Notes: generated by a model from the letters alone, not told the origin. DNA of 37,524 nucleotides, filler included, from Sandaracinaceae bacterium (GCA_947483975.1; 12 parts of 12 records of this genome joined end to end with filler, not necessarily neighbours in it), one strand, 5' to 3'. Counted from the first letter of the whole stretch, positions 1-9,316 are shown. Translations and numbers: made by a program.

Positions 1-539
1 CGCACGTACGCCGCGACCGCGTGCGGCACGAGCCCGCTCGGATCCTCGCCGCTGCGCAGCCGCCGGCGCACCTCGGTGCTGCTGATCGGCGGCAGCGCGT
101 ACGGTCCGCCGAGCTCGCCGCCGTCGTGCCCTGCGCGACCGACGATCAGCGGCGGCGCGAGGGCCGCGACGCGCTCGAAGGCGTGCCACTTCGCGGTCTC
201 TGCGAGCAGATCCGAGCCGATCACGAGGCGCAGGCGCACGCCCGGGAGGCGACGCCGGAGCTCCTCGAGCGTGCGGAGCGTCAGGCTCTCGCCGCCGAGC
301 TCCGCCTCGATGCGCGAGACCTCGACGCCGCGCAGCTCCGCGAAGGCGAGCTCACACAGCCGCAGCCGGTGCTCGTAGGGCGCCATCGCCTTCTGGAACG
401 GGTGCCGGTACGTAGGCACGACGAGCAAGCGAGCGAGCGGCACCGACGCGAGCGCCCACGCGGCCGCGAGCACATGCGCGATGTGCGGAGGGTTGAAGCT
501 GCCGCCGAAGACCGCGACCTGCTCGCCATCCGCGCTCAT
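1..539 (-). CDS. nadD: Nicotinate-nucleotide adenylyltransferase (3' end runs off the window; absent from the ORF track)
   Basis: Manual translation of the minus strand from ATG 539: MSADGEQVAVFGGSFNPPHIAHV...PTYRHPFQK...LVIGSDLL...W...ISSTEVRRRLRSGEDPSGLVPHAVAAYV. It has the GGSFNPPHxxH (HIGH-type) and ISST motifs of NadD. The start overlaps the upstream stop (ATGA, 536-539). Confidence 0.93.
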   Translation of the reverse strand, partial: MSADGEQVAVFGGSFNPPHIAHVLAAAWALASVPLARLLVVPTYRHPFQKAMAPYEHRLRLCELAFAELRGVEVSRIEAELGGESLTLRTLEELRRRLPGVRLRLVIGSDLLAETAKWHAFERVAALAPPLIVGRAGHDGGELGGPYALPPISSTEVRRRLRSGEDPSGLVPHAVAAYV

Positions 540-1141
540 GGCGCGACCACCACCTTGCCCGTGCGGCGCTCGAGCGTCTCGCGGAACAGCGGCGCGCCGG
601 AGAGGTCGTAGAGCGACACGGCGACGTTCCCGTCGTCGTCGAGCTCGACGATGCCGACCTTGCGATCTCGGAGCGGCCCCGGCGTGAAGAAGTAGCGATG
701 CCCGAAGCGCTTGAGGTCCGCCATGGGCGACTTGCCGTAGACGACGAGGTGCGCGTTGGCGATGTCGTCCTCGTCGAGCACGGCCTTGTCGTGCACGACG
801 AGCACGATGCGATCGTCGAGCATCTCGACGGCGCGCGCGGGCGCGGGGGGGAGCCTCCGCACGGTGTCGAGGCGCTGCACCGCGGCGTCCCCCGCGAGCA
901 GCTTCTCGAGCGCTGCGGCGGCGCCTCGGGGGGCTAGCTCGACGACGCGCTCGAGGAACGCCGCCTCGGTCGCCGCGCCTCCGACGAGCTCCTCAGCCCA
1001 GTCCGCGAGCACGCGCTCGACGGCGTCGTCGGTGCCGAGGTAGATCGTCTGATCGACGACCGCGTCACCGACGAGAAACTCCACGGCCTCGCGGAGCACC
1101 GCCGTGTCGCCGTCCGCGGGCCCGAGCAGACCGAGACGCAT
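536..1141 (-). CDS. Hypothetical protein with degenerate calcineurin-like (YfcE/MJ0936-type) metallophosphoesterase fold
   Basis: 201-aa ORF with GC3-biased codons. Motif order MRLGLLG / IYLG / VLVVHD / VVYGKS / FFTPGP mirrors the YfcE family (GxxSDxHG / GD / xxHG / GHTH / NPGS), but most metal ligands are missing. Confidence 0.6.
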   Translation of the reverse strand: MRLGLLGPADGDTAVLREAVEFLVGDAVVDQTIYLGTDDAVERVLADWAEELVGGAATEAAFLERVVELAPRGAAAALEKLLAGDAAVQRLDTVRRLPPAPARAVEMLDDRIVLVVHDKAVLDEDDIANAHLVVYGKSPMADLKRFGHRYFFTPGPLRDRKVGIVELDDDGNVAVSLYDLSGAPLFRETLERRTGKVVVAP

Positions 1142-1155
1142 ACGCCGCCCCGCCC

Positions 1156-3072
1156 TCAGCGCCGGTCAACGCCGGAGCGATGACGAGCTTCGAAGTGCGA
1201 GTCGGAGATGGCGAAGCCGATGAGCGCGCGCGCCGCGGCGACCTTGCGCACCGCGGCCGTGCGCCGCGGATCCGCCGCGGGGATCTCTGCCGAGCTCAGG
1301 CGCAGGAGCGCCGAGACCGCCGCAGGCACGGAGCCCGTCGCGACGAGCGCGATGCGGTCGCCGAGCTCCCAGGCGGCGGCGCCGAGGTGCAGCGCGTCGA
1401 AGCTCGGCGAGCCGAGCATCTCGTAGATGTGCGGATAGAGCTCATCGCGCACCTTCTTGTTGAGCGCCTTGCCGAAGCGCTTCCCCGCCTCCTCGAGCGC
1501 CGCGACGTTCACGCCCGGGGGCGCGAAGTGCGGGTCGTAGTGCCGCATGATCCCGGACACCGCGAGCGCGAGGTCGGCGGGCTGGGCGCGCACGGCCGCG
1601 ACGAGGTTCGCGCGGGCGAGCTTGACGGCGCGCGTCAGCAGGAAGAGCCGCTCCCGCGGGTCGACGTTCGGCGCGAGCAGGTCGCGTCCGATCAGGATCC
1701 CGACGGGCTGGCTGGAGATCGGCATGCAGATGCGGGGCGAGCTGGCGGTCGTCCAGAGCTCGATCTCCGAGACTCCGAACCAGCGGGCGAGCTCCTCGAT
1801 CTGCGCGCGGTACGGCAGATCCCGCACGCTGACGCGCTCGGCGCGGAGGGACTTCAGCTCGAGGGGCGGGAGCGTCTTGTCGAGCGCGTCGCCCGCGAGG
1901 CGGAAGACGGTGCGCGCCGCGATCGGGAGCGCCACAGGGGAGACGAGCTCCTCCAGCTCGACGTCCGCCGCAGCGCTGCCGGCGCCGGGCACGCCGCCCG
2001 CCGCGTCGAGCAGCTTGGCGAGCTCCTCGTCGACGATGCCGAACGCGGCGCCAGCCGACGCCGCCGTGCGCGCCGCGTCCTGCCGCCCGCGCCAGCCGAG
2101 CACCTCGACGAGCCCGTGCCACGCGGAGGTGTCCGCCGGGTCCGTCTCGATCGCGTGCCGGAAGTCCGTGACGCCCCGGTTGAGGTGCATCGCGAGCGCC
2201 GACTGCTGGTCCTGGCGCTGATAGAACTCCGCGATCGCGCGGAGCACGCCGAGGTTCGTCGGCTCGAGCCTGCGCGTCGCCTCGAGCGCCGCCTCGGCCT
2301 GACGGCCCTGCCCGTGCTTCTCGTAGGCGGAGGCGAGGTCGAGCCGATGCTGCCGCACATGATCCGGGTCCGGCTCGGCGTGCACGAGCTGCTGCAGCAC
2401 CTCGACGGCGGCGGGCCACTGCTGCTCGCGCTCGTAGAGGCGCGCGAGGCAGCCCATCGCCCCGAGATCCGTGGGCGCGAGCTTGAGCACGCGCCGGAAC
2501 GCGGCCTCCGCGCGCTTCGGGTCGGGCATATGGTCGTCGTAGATCGTCCCGAGCCGATAGAAGACGTCGCGCAGCTCGTCGACTTCCTTCGTCAGGCGCG
2601 CGATGCGGATGTACGCCTCCGCGGCGCCGCGCCAGTCGTGCCCGCCGACCGAGAGCTCGGCCAAGCGACGCAGCGCGTCGAGGCGATCGGGGTCGAGCGC
2701 GAGCGCCGCCTTCAGCGCGGTCTTGGCGCCCTCGGTGTCGCCGAGCTTCTCGCGGATCGCCGCCGAGCGATTCTGGAGCACGACGAGCGCGGCCGAGTCT
2801 CCGCCCGCCGCGACGCGCGCGTCGGTGAGCTCCGCGAGGCGCGCGAGGTCGTTCCGCGCCTCGAGCAGCTGCGCGAGCCGGTCGTAGAGGTCGGCGTGCG
2901 TCACGTCGAGCTTCGCGCCCTCTTCGAACGCCGCGATCGCGCGCTCCGGGTCGTCCTCCTCGTCCTGCCAGGTCATGCCGGCGCGGTACCAGAGCTGAAC
3001 GATGTGCGTCGGCACGCGCGCCGCGCGCGCCGCGGTCTCGCACGCCTCGGCGGCGCCGCGCGGGCTGCCGGC
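1156..3072 (-). CDS. Large tetratricopeptide-repeat protein (N-terminus lost at contig edge)
   Basis: Repeated TPR-like helices (AKTALKAALALDPDRLDALRRLAEL; AEAAFRRVLKLAPTDLGAMGCLARLY). The frame is open to the gap at 3072. Confidence 0.8.
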   Translation of the reverse strand, partial: AGSPRGAAEACETAARAARVPTHIVQLWYRAGMTWQDEEDDPERAIAAFEEGAKLDVTHADLYDRLAQLLEARNDLARLAELTDARVAAGGDSAALVVLQNRSAAIREKLGDTEGAKTALKAALALDPDRLDALRRLAELSVGGHDWRGAAEAYIRIARLTKEVDELRDVFYRLGTIYDDHMPDPKRAEAAFRRVLKLAPTDLGAMGCLARLYEREQQWPAAVEVLQQLVHAEPDPDHVRQHRLDLASAYEKHGQGRQAEAALEATRRLEPTNLGVLRAIAEFYQRQDQQSALAMHLNRGVTDFRHAIETDPADTSAWHGLVEVLGWRGRQDAARTAASAGAAFGIVDEELAKLLDAAGGVPGAGSAAADVELEELVSPVALPIAARTVFRLAGDALDKTLPPLELKSLRAERVSVRDLPYRAQIEELARWFGVSEIELWTTASSPRICMPISSQPVGILIGRDLLAPNVDPRERLFLLTRAVKLARANLVAAVRAQPADLALAVSGIMRHYDPHFAPPGVNVAALEEAGKRFGKALNKKVRDELYPHIYEMLGSPSFDALHLGAAAWELGDRIALVATGSVPAAVSALLRLSSAEIPAADPRRTAAVRKVAAARALIGFAISDSHFEARHRSGVDRR

Positions 3073-3172
3073 NNNNNNNNNNNNNNNNNNNNNNNNNNNN
3101 NNNNNNNNNNNNNNNNTTAATTAATTAANNNNNNNNNNNNNNNNNNNNNNNNNNNNNNNNNNNNNNNNNNNN
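3073..3172. other. Artificial contig-joining linker (first of 11)
   Basis: 44 N + TTAATTAATTAA (stops in all six frames) + 44 N. Identical linkers occur at 6240-6339, 9400-9499, 12550-12649, 15694-15793, 18826-18925, 21957-22056, 25085-25184, 28206-28305, 31316-31415 and 34425-34524. Confidence 0.99.
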
Positions 3173-3390
3173 CGACTCTCCCGCGGCGAAGCGCGCGGGC
3201 GACGTCGATGCCGCCGACTCTCCCGCGGCGAAGCGCGCGGGCGACGTCGATGCCGCCGAGTCTCCCGCGGCGAAGCGCGCCGCACACGTCCGTGCCGCCG
3301 ACCGCGCGGCGGAGCGACGCCCACCAGGGTTCGATGCCGCCGACTTCGCAGCGGAGCGATGCCCAGCGGGAGTCGATGCCGCCGACTTTC
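3173..3390 (+). repeat. 42-bp degenerate tandem repeat (about 5 copies) at contig start
   Basis: (A/G)TGCCGCCG recurs at 3208, 3250, 3292, 3334 and 3376. The first units are near-identical (ATGCCGCCGACTCTCCCGCGGCGAAGCGCGCGGGCGACGTCG) and later ones diverge. In frame it reads as (MPPTLPRRSARATS)n, ending at TGA 3424-3426. Confidence 0.85.
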
Positions 3391-3472
3391 CCGCTGGGGG
3401 ACGCGAACCTACGCCTAAGCCTATGAGATCGCGTCTGTCTTCGTGCGCTTCGCCCAGCCGCGCGCGCCCCGC

Positions 3473-5215
3473 TCAGAAGCGGGAGTCGTTGTAGGTGATG
3501 TCGTAGCCGCTCGTCGTGCCCGGCGGGTGCAGCAGGGTGACGTCGCAGGTGGTCGCGCCGGCGGCGTCGACGTGCGTGACGACCTCGCCGACGCGCCACA
3601 TCGCGCCGATCCCCGAGTAGCCCGCGGTGCCCGAGAAGCCGGTGACGGTGTCGGGCGCGACGCCGTAGGTCACGGTCCGGCGACCGCCGCAGTAGACGTT
3701 GACGACGGGGCGCGCCGCGGTGCCCGTGAAGTTCTGGACCATGATGCGGAAGCGCTCGCCCTCGCGCGGCGCGTCCACGTTGATGTTCTCGGGGACGCCG
3801 ATGCCCTCGCTGAGGTTGTTGTCGATGTCGAGGCGCGGGTTCGCGCAGTGCCCGAGCAGGCTCCACTGCGGGCCGAGCGGACCGCCGACGCACTCCGAGA
3901 GCGGGCTGTCCGCGTAGCCCCAGCTCGCGCGCGGGTAGAGGCCGCCCGTCGGCAGCGAGCCGCGGATCGTCGCCTCGCAGTCGTGCCAGGCGCAGACCTC
4001 GCGCGCGGGCTGGAACGCGTCGTTGGTGTCGAGGTACCAGCTGCCCGAGTACGACGGCATCGACAGGAAGAGGTCGAGGTCCTGCGTCTCGCTCTCCGGG
4101 TAGCACATCTCGATGCGCAGCCCGGGGCCGACGACGTGCACGATCCAGGTGCAGGTGAGCGTCTCGCCCGCGCTCGTCACGACGGTCATCGTCACGGTGT
4201 AGTCGCCGGAGAGCGTCGGGCGGAACGACGCGCTCTCCGACGAAGGGGACGTCACCGTGTAGCTGCGCCGCGGCAGGATGTCCTCGCACGGTCCGCCGGT
4301 GACGGTCCACGCCCAGCTCGTCGCCGAGCCCGAGAAGAAGTCGCCGCCGCGCAGCGCGTAGTCCACGAAGGGCTGCCCGTCCGCGACGCGCGGGTCGCCG
4401 GGCGCGGGGCAGTCGATCTGCGGGACGCAGCCGACGACCTCGTCCGTGCAGCCGTTGCAGTCGTCGTCGAGCCCGTTGCACGCCTCGCCGCCGGGCGAGA
4501 TGCCGCCCTCGCACGCGCCGAGCGTGCCGAACTCGCCGCTGCCGATGCAGCGCTGCATCCCGTCCGCGCACGCGCCGACGCCGCGCCGCCCGGGCGGGCC
4601 TCGGAAGCACGGCTGCACGTAGCCGGGCGTGCACGAGCAGCCCTCGTCGACCTCCCCGTCGCAGTCGTCGTCGAGCTGATTGCAGAGCCCCGCGACCGCC
4701 TCGTTGACGTCGGCGATGCAGCCCGTCGGGATGATCGAGGACGCCGGGCAGAGGTCAGCGACGATGCCGCCGGAGTCCCCCGCGTCCGGGTCGTAGACGC
4801 CGCCGCCGTCTCGGAGCGGGGGCGGTCCAGCGTCGACGCCGACGCCGGCGTCGGGGTGGCGCGACCCGTCGACCGTCGGGTCGAGGAAGTCGGGCAGGCC
4901 GTCCCCGTTGCCGTCCTGCGGCGGGGTCGCCGGGTCGAGGTCGCCCGCCTCGTCGCGGTCGAGGACGCCGTCCCCGTCGGAGTCGAGGTCGTCTGCGTCG
5001 AGGATGCCGTCGCCGTCCGTGTCGCCGGTCCCCTCCTGCGCGTCACAGATCGTGTCGGAGTCGCGGTCCGCGCAGGTGAAGCCACCGAGGTCCGTGCCTC
5101 CGCCGTCCGGGCGCGAGGGCCGGACGGGCGCCCGCCCTCCGGAGCACGCGGAGAGCCCTGCGAGGGCGAGCACGGAGACGACCGACACCAAGCGCCAAGG
5201 AAAGAAAGCAGCCAT
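3473..5215 (-). CDS. Multidomain Cys/Asp-rich lipoprotein (thrombospondin type-3-like Ca-binding repeats, MopE-like CNGLDDDC motifs, Ig/PKD-like segment, YfaP/DUF2135-like C-terminus)
   Basis: Lipobox LAGLSA-C. Repeats DTDGDGILDADDLDSDGDGVLD. Motifs CNQLDDDCDGEVDEGC and CNGLDDDCNGCTDE, and DLDLFL...PRLDIDNN...PENINV. GGAGG RBS upstream. Confidence 0.8.
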   Translation of the reverse strand: MAAFFPWRLVSVVSVLALAGLSACSGGRAPVRPSRPDGGGTDLGGFTCADRDSDTICDAQEGTGDTDGDGILDADDLDSDGDGVLDRDEAGDLDPATPPQDGNGDGLPDFLDPTVDGSRHPDAGVGVDAGPPPLRDGGGVYDPDAGDSGGIVADLCPASSIIPTGCIADVNEAVAGLCNQLDDDCDGEVDEGCSCTPGYVQPCFRGPPGRRGVGACADGMQRCIGSGEFGTLGACEGGISPGGEACNGLDDDCNGCTDEVVGCVPQIDCPAPGDPRVADGQPFVDYALRGGDFFSGSATSWAWTVTGGPCEDILPRRSYTVTSPSSESASFRPTLSGDYTVTMTVVTSAGETLTCTWIVHVVGPGLRIEMCYPESETQDLDLFLSMPSYSGSWYLDTNDAFQPAREVCAWHDCEATIRGSLPTGGLYPRASWGYADSPLSECVGGPLGPQWSLLGHCANPRLDIDNNLSEGIGVPENINVDAPREGERFRIMVQNFTGTAARPVVNVYCGGRRTVTYGVAPDTVTGFSGTAGYSGIGAMWRVGEVVTHVDAAGATTCDVTLLHPPGTTSGYDITYNDSRF

Positions 5216-5290
5216 CGAGCCCTCCGGTGCGCGCGCGGCGCGACGCCGGAGTGTAGCGACTTCGCCGCGGCGAACGCCAGACCCGCGCGC

Positions 5291-6058
5291 TCAGGGGCCG
5301 CCGTCGACGCCCGCGTCGGCGCCGCAGAAGCCGCGCATGCAGAGGTCGCGCGCGCAGCACACGCCCTCGCAGCAGTACGCGTCGGGGCCCGCGCAGCCTC
5401 CGGCGCAGACGGCGCCGCGCGTGCAGACGCCCGCCTCGCAGGTCTCGCCCGTCACGCACGCGACGCCGCAGCCGCCGCAGTGCGCGCGGCTCGTGCGGAT
5501 GTCGACGCAGGTGCTGTCGCCGAACACATCGCTGCAGCAGAGGCTCGCGTCGGTGCCCTCGCAGACGACGGCGCGCGCGCCGCAGTAGCAGTTGCCCGCG
5601 CTGCAGCGGTCGGTGCGTCGGGCGTCGCACGCGAGCCCGCAGCCGTCGCAGTCGGCGACGTCGCGGTCGAAGCTCGCGCAGTACGGGCGCGTCACGCCGG
5701 GGTGCGTCGGGCAGCAGCGCGAGGCGCGCGAGCCGTTGCAGCCGTCGACTCCGTCGCCGCACTCGCAGCGTCCCGCGAAGCAGCGCGTGCCGTAGCCGTC
5801 GGCGCAGCGCAGCCCGCAGACGCCGCAGTTCTCGGCGTCCAACGAGAGGTTCACGCAGCCGGCGCCGCCGTCCGGAAGCCCGCAGCAGCCCTCCCCGGCG
5901 GCGCATGACGCGGCGCACACCGGCCCGAGATCCGGCGCGCCGAGGTCGGGCCCGAGGTCGGCGCCGAGGTCGGCGGACGCGTCGACGGCGACGTCGTCAT
6001 CACCGCACGCCGCGAGGAGCGCGCACGACCCGAACAGCAGGACGAAGGCGAAGCGCAT
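5291..6058 (-). CDS. Cysteine-rich lipoprotein (myxobacterial CVDxxxDxxNCGxCG / Stig1-like repeats)
   Basis: Start reassigned to MRFAFVLL (6058). Lipobox LLAA-C-GDDD. Repeats CVNLSLDAENCGVCGLRC, CASFDRDVADCDGCGLAC and CVDIRTSRAHCGGCGVAC. Confidence 0.8.
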   Translation of the reverse strand: MRFAFVLLFGSCALLAACGDDDVAVDASADLGADLGPDLGAPDLGPVCAASCAAGEGCCGLPDGGAGCVNLSLDAENCGVCGLRCADGYGTRCFAGRCECGDGVDGCNGSRASRCCPTHPGVTRPYCASFDRDVADCDGCGLACDARRTDRCSAGNCYCGARAVVCEGTDASLCCSDVFGDSTCVDIRTSRAHCGGCGVACVTGETCEAGVCTRGAVCAGGCAGPDAYCCEGVCCARDLCMRGFCGADAGVDGGP

Positions 6059-6078
6059 CGCCGCGGAAGATAGCAGCG

Positions 6079-6239
6079 TCACGCGGGCACAGGCACGAAG
6101 CCGCGCGCGACCTCGAAGGTGCCGTCGCCCGCCGGGCGCACGAGCGCGACGGGCGTCGTGTCCGGCGCCCGCGCGACGACGACTCGACCAGCGCCGGGGT
6201 CCTCGGGCAGCGCGCCCGTCTCGAACGCCTCCGCCGTCA
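6079..6239 (-). CDS. C-terminal fragment of an upstream gene (possibly a TruB-type C-terminal domain)
   Basis: Open minus-strand frame from the contig edge: ...TAEAFETGALPEDPGAGRVVVARAPDTTPVALVRPAGDGTFEVARGFVPVPA*. The identity is only a weak impression. Confidence 0.35.
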
Positions 6240-6339
6240 NNNNNNNNNNNNNNNNNNNNNNNNNNNNNNNNNNNNNNNNNNNNTTAATTAATTAANNNNN
6301 NNNNNNNNNNNNNNNNNNNNNNNNNNNNNNNNNNNNNNN

Positions 6340-7711
6340 CGAGGGCGATGCGCGGGTCCTCCGCCTCGAGCGAGCGGCGCAGCGCGAGCTGCGCGCCGGC
6401 GTCGAGCACCGCCTCGTGCTCGAACGCCGCCGCGCCACGCGCAGAGAGCGTCCGCGACAGCGCCGCGAGGTAGCGCCCGCGCACGAGCGGGATGAGCGCG
6501 AGCCACGGGATCGTCACGGCGACGGCGACGAGCGAGAGCCGCACAGGGCCGAGCGCCGCCGCGAGCGCGACCAGCACGAGCCCGCCGATCCCATAGGCGA
6601 GCGGCTTGACCACCGCGTCGAGGAACGCGCGCGTCTGCGCCTTCGTCGCCGCGGGGAAAGGCACGTAGAGCGCCTGCATCGTCGTGTCGTGCACGGTGTA
6701 CTGAAAGCCGTTGTCGGCGAACTTCATCACCGTGGCGATGCCGAGGTGCGGCACGCCGAGCAGCAGCGCCGACGCCGCGCCGAAGACGATGGGCATCACG
6801 CTCATGCCCGCGCCGACTCCGAAGCGCGACAGGAGCCGCGGCGTCACGAAGAGCTGAAACACGAACGAGAGGAGGCCCGTGCCCGCGTAGAAGAAGCTGA
6901 AGAAGCGCGCGAGCTCGTCCCCCGTGTACGCCTCCCGCGCGATGGCCTTGAACTGATAGTCGCCGATGGTCAGCGCGGTGAAGGCGCAGAGCAGCATCAG
7001 CGAGAGCCCGACGACGTGCGGGTTCGAGAGCACGCGGGGCGGCTGCTTCGCGAGCCGGGTCCGCGCCTTCGGCACGGGCGCGCGCGGCTCTCGACCGATG
7101 ACGACCGCGAGCACGGCGACCGCGACGAGCAGCCCCGCGAGCACGAAGAGCAGCTGCTCGGTGCCGACGGCGCGCACGATCCAGCCCGTCCCGAGGCCGA
7201 CGAGCACGACGCCGAGCACGCGCGCAGAGCCGATCGTGCCGAGCAGGCGCTTCTGAGCGCGGGCGTCGAGCAGGTCGTTGCTCTGAGTCCAGAACTGCGA
7301 GATCAGGAGATTCGCGAAGACCTCGGACCAAACGTAAAAGACGGGCAACACGAGCGTCGAGCCCGCCCGCACGGCGCCCCAGGTCGCGAGGTAGCTGCCG
7401 ATGCCGAGGACCGACCAGGCGACGATGGCCTTGTCCCGCGGGAGCCTGCCGGCGACGCGGTCGTAGACGACGACCGTCAGCGCGGAGGCGAGCCCGTAGA
7501 AGACGAACATCCACGGCAGCGCGCGGATCGAATAGTGCGAGAGAAAGAGCGTGTCGCGCACGGTGCGCCCGAGGACGAACACCGACGACGCGAGCATCAG
7601 GTGCACGAAGAGCAGCGAGGTGCGGCGCCCTTCCCCCGGATGGACCAGCAGGGCGGCCGCGAGCCGCCGAAGGAGCGGCTGCGTCGCGTGCGTGAGGGTC
7701 GCGCCAACCAC
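6340..7711 (-). CDS. Npt1/TLC-family (ATP/ADP translocase-like) MFS-fold nucleotide transporter, C-terminus truncated where HEAT-like repeats begin
   Basis: About 12 hydrophobic segments. Family-typical stretches RDTLFLSHY...LPWM, FYVWSEVF...ISQFW...DLLDARAQKRL, DYQFK and LYVPFP. It is followed by LRRSLEAEDPRIAL, which looks like the start of a HEAT repeat. Confidence 0.75.
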
Positions 7712-7780
7712 GCAGGAGCAACTACACGCCTGGGAGGCGAATGCAACCGCAGCGTGACGCGGGCCGGCGCCTCGGAGGGC

Positions 7781-9175
7781 TCAGAAGACCTTGCCGGGAT
7801 TGAGGATCCCGTGCGGATCGAGCACGCCCTTGAGCCCGCGCATGATGGCGATCTCGCCGGGCGTGCGCGTGTACGAGAGCCACTCCTTCTTGAGGAGCCC
7901 CACGCCGTGCTCGGCGCTGATCGAGCCATGGTGCTGGCGCACGAGGTCGAACATCGCGCGGTCGGCTTCGTGCGCGAACGCGAGGAACGCGTCCTTCTCG
8001 AGGCGCTCAGGCTTCATCACGTTGACGTGCAGGTTGCCGTCGCCGATGTGCCCGAACACGCAGATCTCGAAGTCGGGCCAGCTCTCGGCGAAGAGCGCGT
8101 CGAGCGCCGCGCAGAACGGGGCGAGCTCCGCGATGGGCAGCGCGATGTCGTTCTTGTGCGGCAAGCCCGTCGCCGAGAGCGACTCGCTGATGCCCTCGCG
8201 CAGCTCCCAGAGCGCGCGCGCCTGCGTCGAGTCCTGCGCGAGCGTCGCGTCGGTCAGCAGCTCGCGCTCGGCGAGCGAGCCGAGCCACTCCTCGAGCGCC
8301 GCGGGCTCCGCGCCCTCGACCTCGAGCAGCGCGTAGTACGGGCTCGACGCCGCGAACGGCTCGCGCACCTTGCGGTGAGCGCGCACCCGCGCGAGGCAGC
8401 GGTCGGTGAAGAACTCGTAGGCGGAGACGACGAACGGCCCGCGCCGCGCCTCGCCGAAGAGCCGCAGCACGCCCGCGAGGTCAGGGAGCGCGACGAGCAG
8501 CACCTCGAGGCGCCCCGGCAGGCGCGCGAGCTTGAGCGTCACCTCCGTGATCACGCCGAGTACGCCCTCGCTGCCGATGAAGAGCTGCCGCAGGTCGATG
8601 CCGGTGTTGTTCTTCTCGAGCGCGCCGTTGAGCTCCAGCACCTCGCCCGTCGCGAGCACGACCTCGAGGCCGAGCACCCACTGCCGCGTCAGCCCGTAGC
8701 GGATGACCTTCACGCCGCCCGCGTTGGTCGCCACGTTGCCGCCGATCTGCGACGAGCCCTTCGACGCGAAGTCCACGGGCCAGGTGAGCCCGTGCTCGGC
8801 GCAGTGCGCGTGCACGGACTCGGTGATCGCGCCCGCCTGCACCCGCACCGTCAGCGCGAGCGGATCGACGGGCCCGAGCGCGCGCATCCGCTCGAGCGAG
8901 AGCACGAGCTCGCCGTCCTTCGCGACGGCGCCGCCCGCGAGCCCGGTGCGGCCGCCCGACGGCACGACGCCGACCTTCGCGGCGTGACAGAGCGCGAGCA
9001 GGCGGCTCACCTCAGCCGTCGTGCGCGGGAAGCAGATCAGCGCGGGATCGGGCGCGTGAACGCGCGTCCAATCCTTGCCGTAGGCGACGAGGTCGGCGGC
9101 GTCGGCGCTCGCGAAGTCTGCGGGAAACTGCTCGCGGAGGGCGCGCAGGAGGTCGGCGGGAAGCGGTGCGGGCAT
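7781..9175 (-). CDS. FAD-binding oxidoreductase, D-2-hydroxyacid dehydrogenase (GlcD/D-2-hydroxyglutarate/D-lactate dehydrogenase) family
   Basis: Motifs PSGGRTGLAGGA, IGGNVATNAGG, KNNTGIDLRQLFIGSEGVLGVIT, GHIGDGNLHVN, ISAEHGVG and LDPHGILNPGKV. Confidence 0.92.
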   Translation of the reverse strand: MPAPLPADLLRALREQFPADFASADAADLVAYGKDWTRVHAPDPALICFPRTTAEVSRLLALCHAAKVGVVPSGGRTGLAGGAVAKDGELVLSLERMRALGPVDPLALTVRVQAGAITESVHAHCAEHGLTWPVDFASKGSSQIGGNVATNAGGVKVIRYGLTRQWVLGLEVVLATGEVLELNGALEKNNTGIDLRQLFIGSEGVLGVITEVTLKLARLPGRLEVLLVALPDLAGVLRLFGEARRGPFVVSAYEFFTDRCLARVRAHRKVREPFAASSPYYALLEVEGAEPAALEEWLGSLAERELLTDATLAQDSTQARALWELREGISESLSATGLPHKNDIALPIAELAPFCAALDALFAESWPDFEICVFGHIGDGNLHVNVMKPERLEKDAFLAFAHEADRAMFDLVRQHHGSISAEHGVGLLKKEWLSYTRTPGEIAIMRGLKGVLDPHGILNPGKVF

Positions 9176-9234
9176 GGCGGCCGCGAGCGTACGATGCGCT
9201 CCGGAGCGGGGCTAACGGGGCGCGCGGACCCAGC

Positions 9235-9267
9235 AAAAAGGCCCCGCAGGACGAATCCCGCGAGGCC
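9235..9267 (-). terminator. Rho-independent terminator
   Basis: Minus strand GGCCTCGCGGGA-TTCG-TCCTGCGGGGCC-TTTTT: a 12-bp stem with two G-U pairs, a UUCG loop and a U-tract, about 50 nt after the stop at 9317. Confidence 0.85.
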
Positions 9268-9316
9268 TTCTGCTCGTCTGCCTTCACCCGCTCACGCGCG
9301 CGAAGGCCGCTGGGGC

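Noticed and set aside
3117..3128. TTAATTAATTAA as a biological repeated element
   Set aside because: It is always centred in 88 Ns and is a synthetic six-frame stop linker. ORFs ending in X...LIN or X...N are artefacts of it.
3173..3390. CRISPR array or degenerate repeat-spacer array
   Set aside because: The variable parts are homologous to each other and the period is only 42 nt, which fits a decaying tandem repeat.
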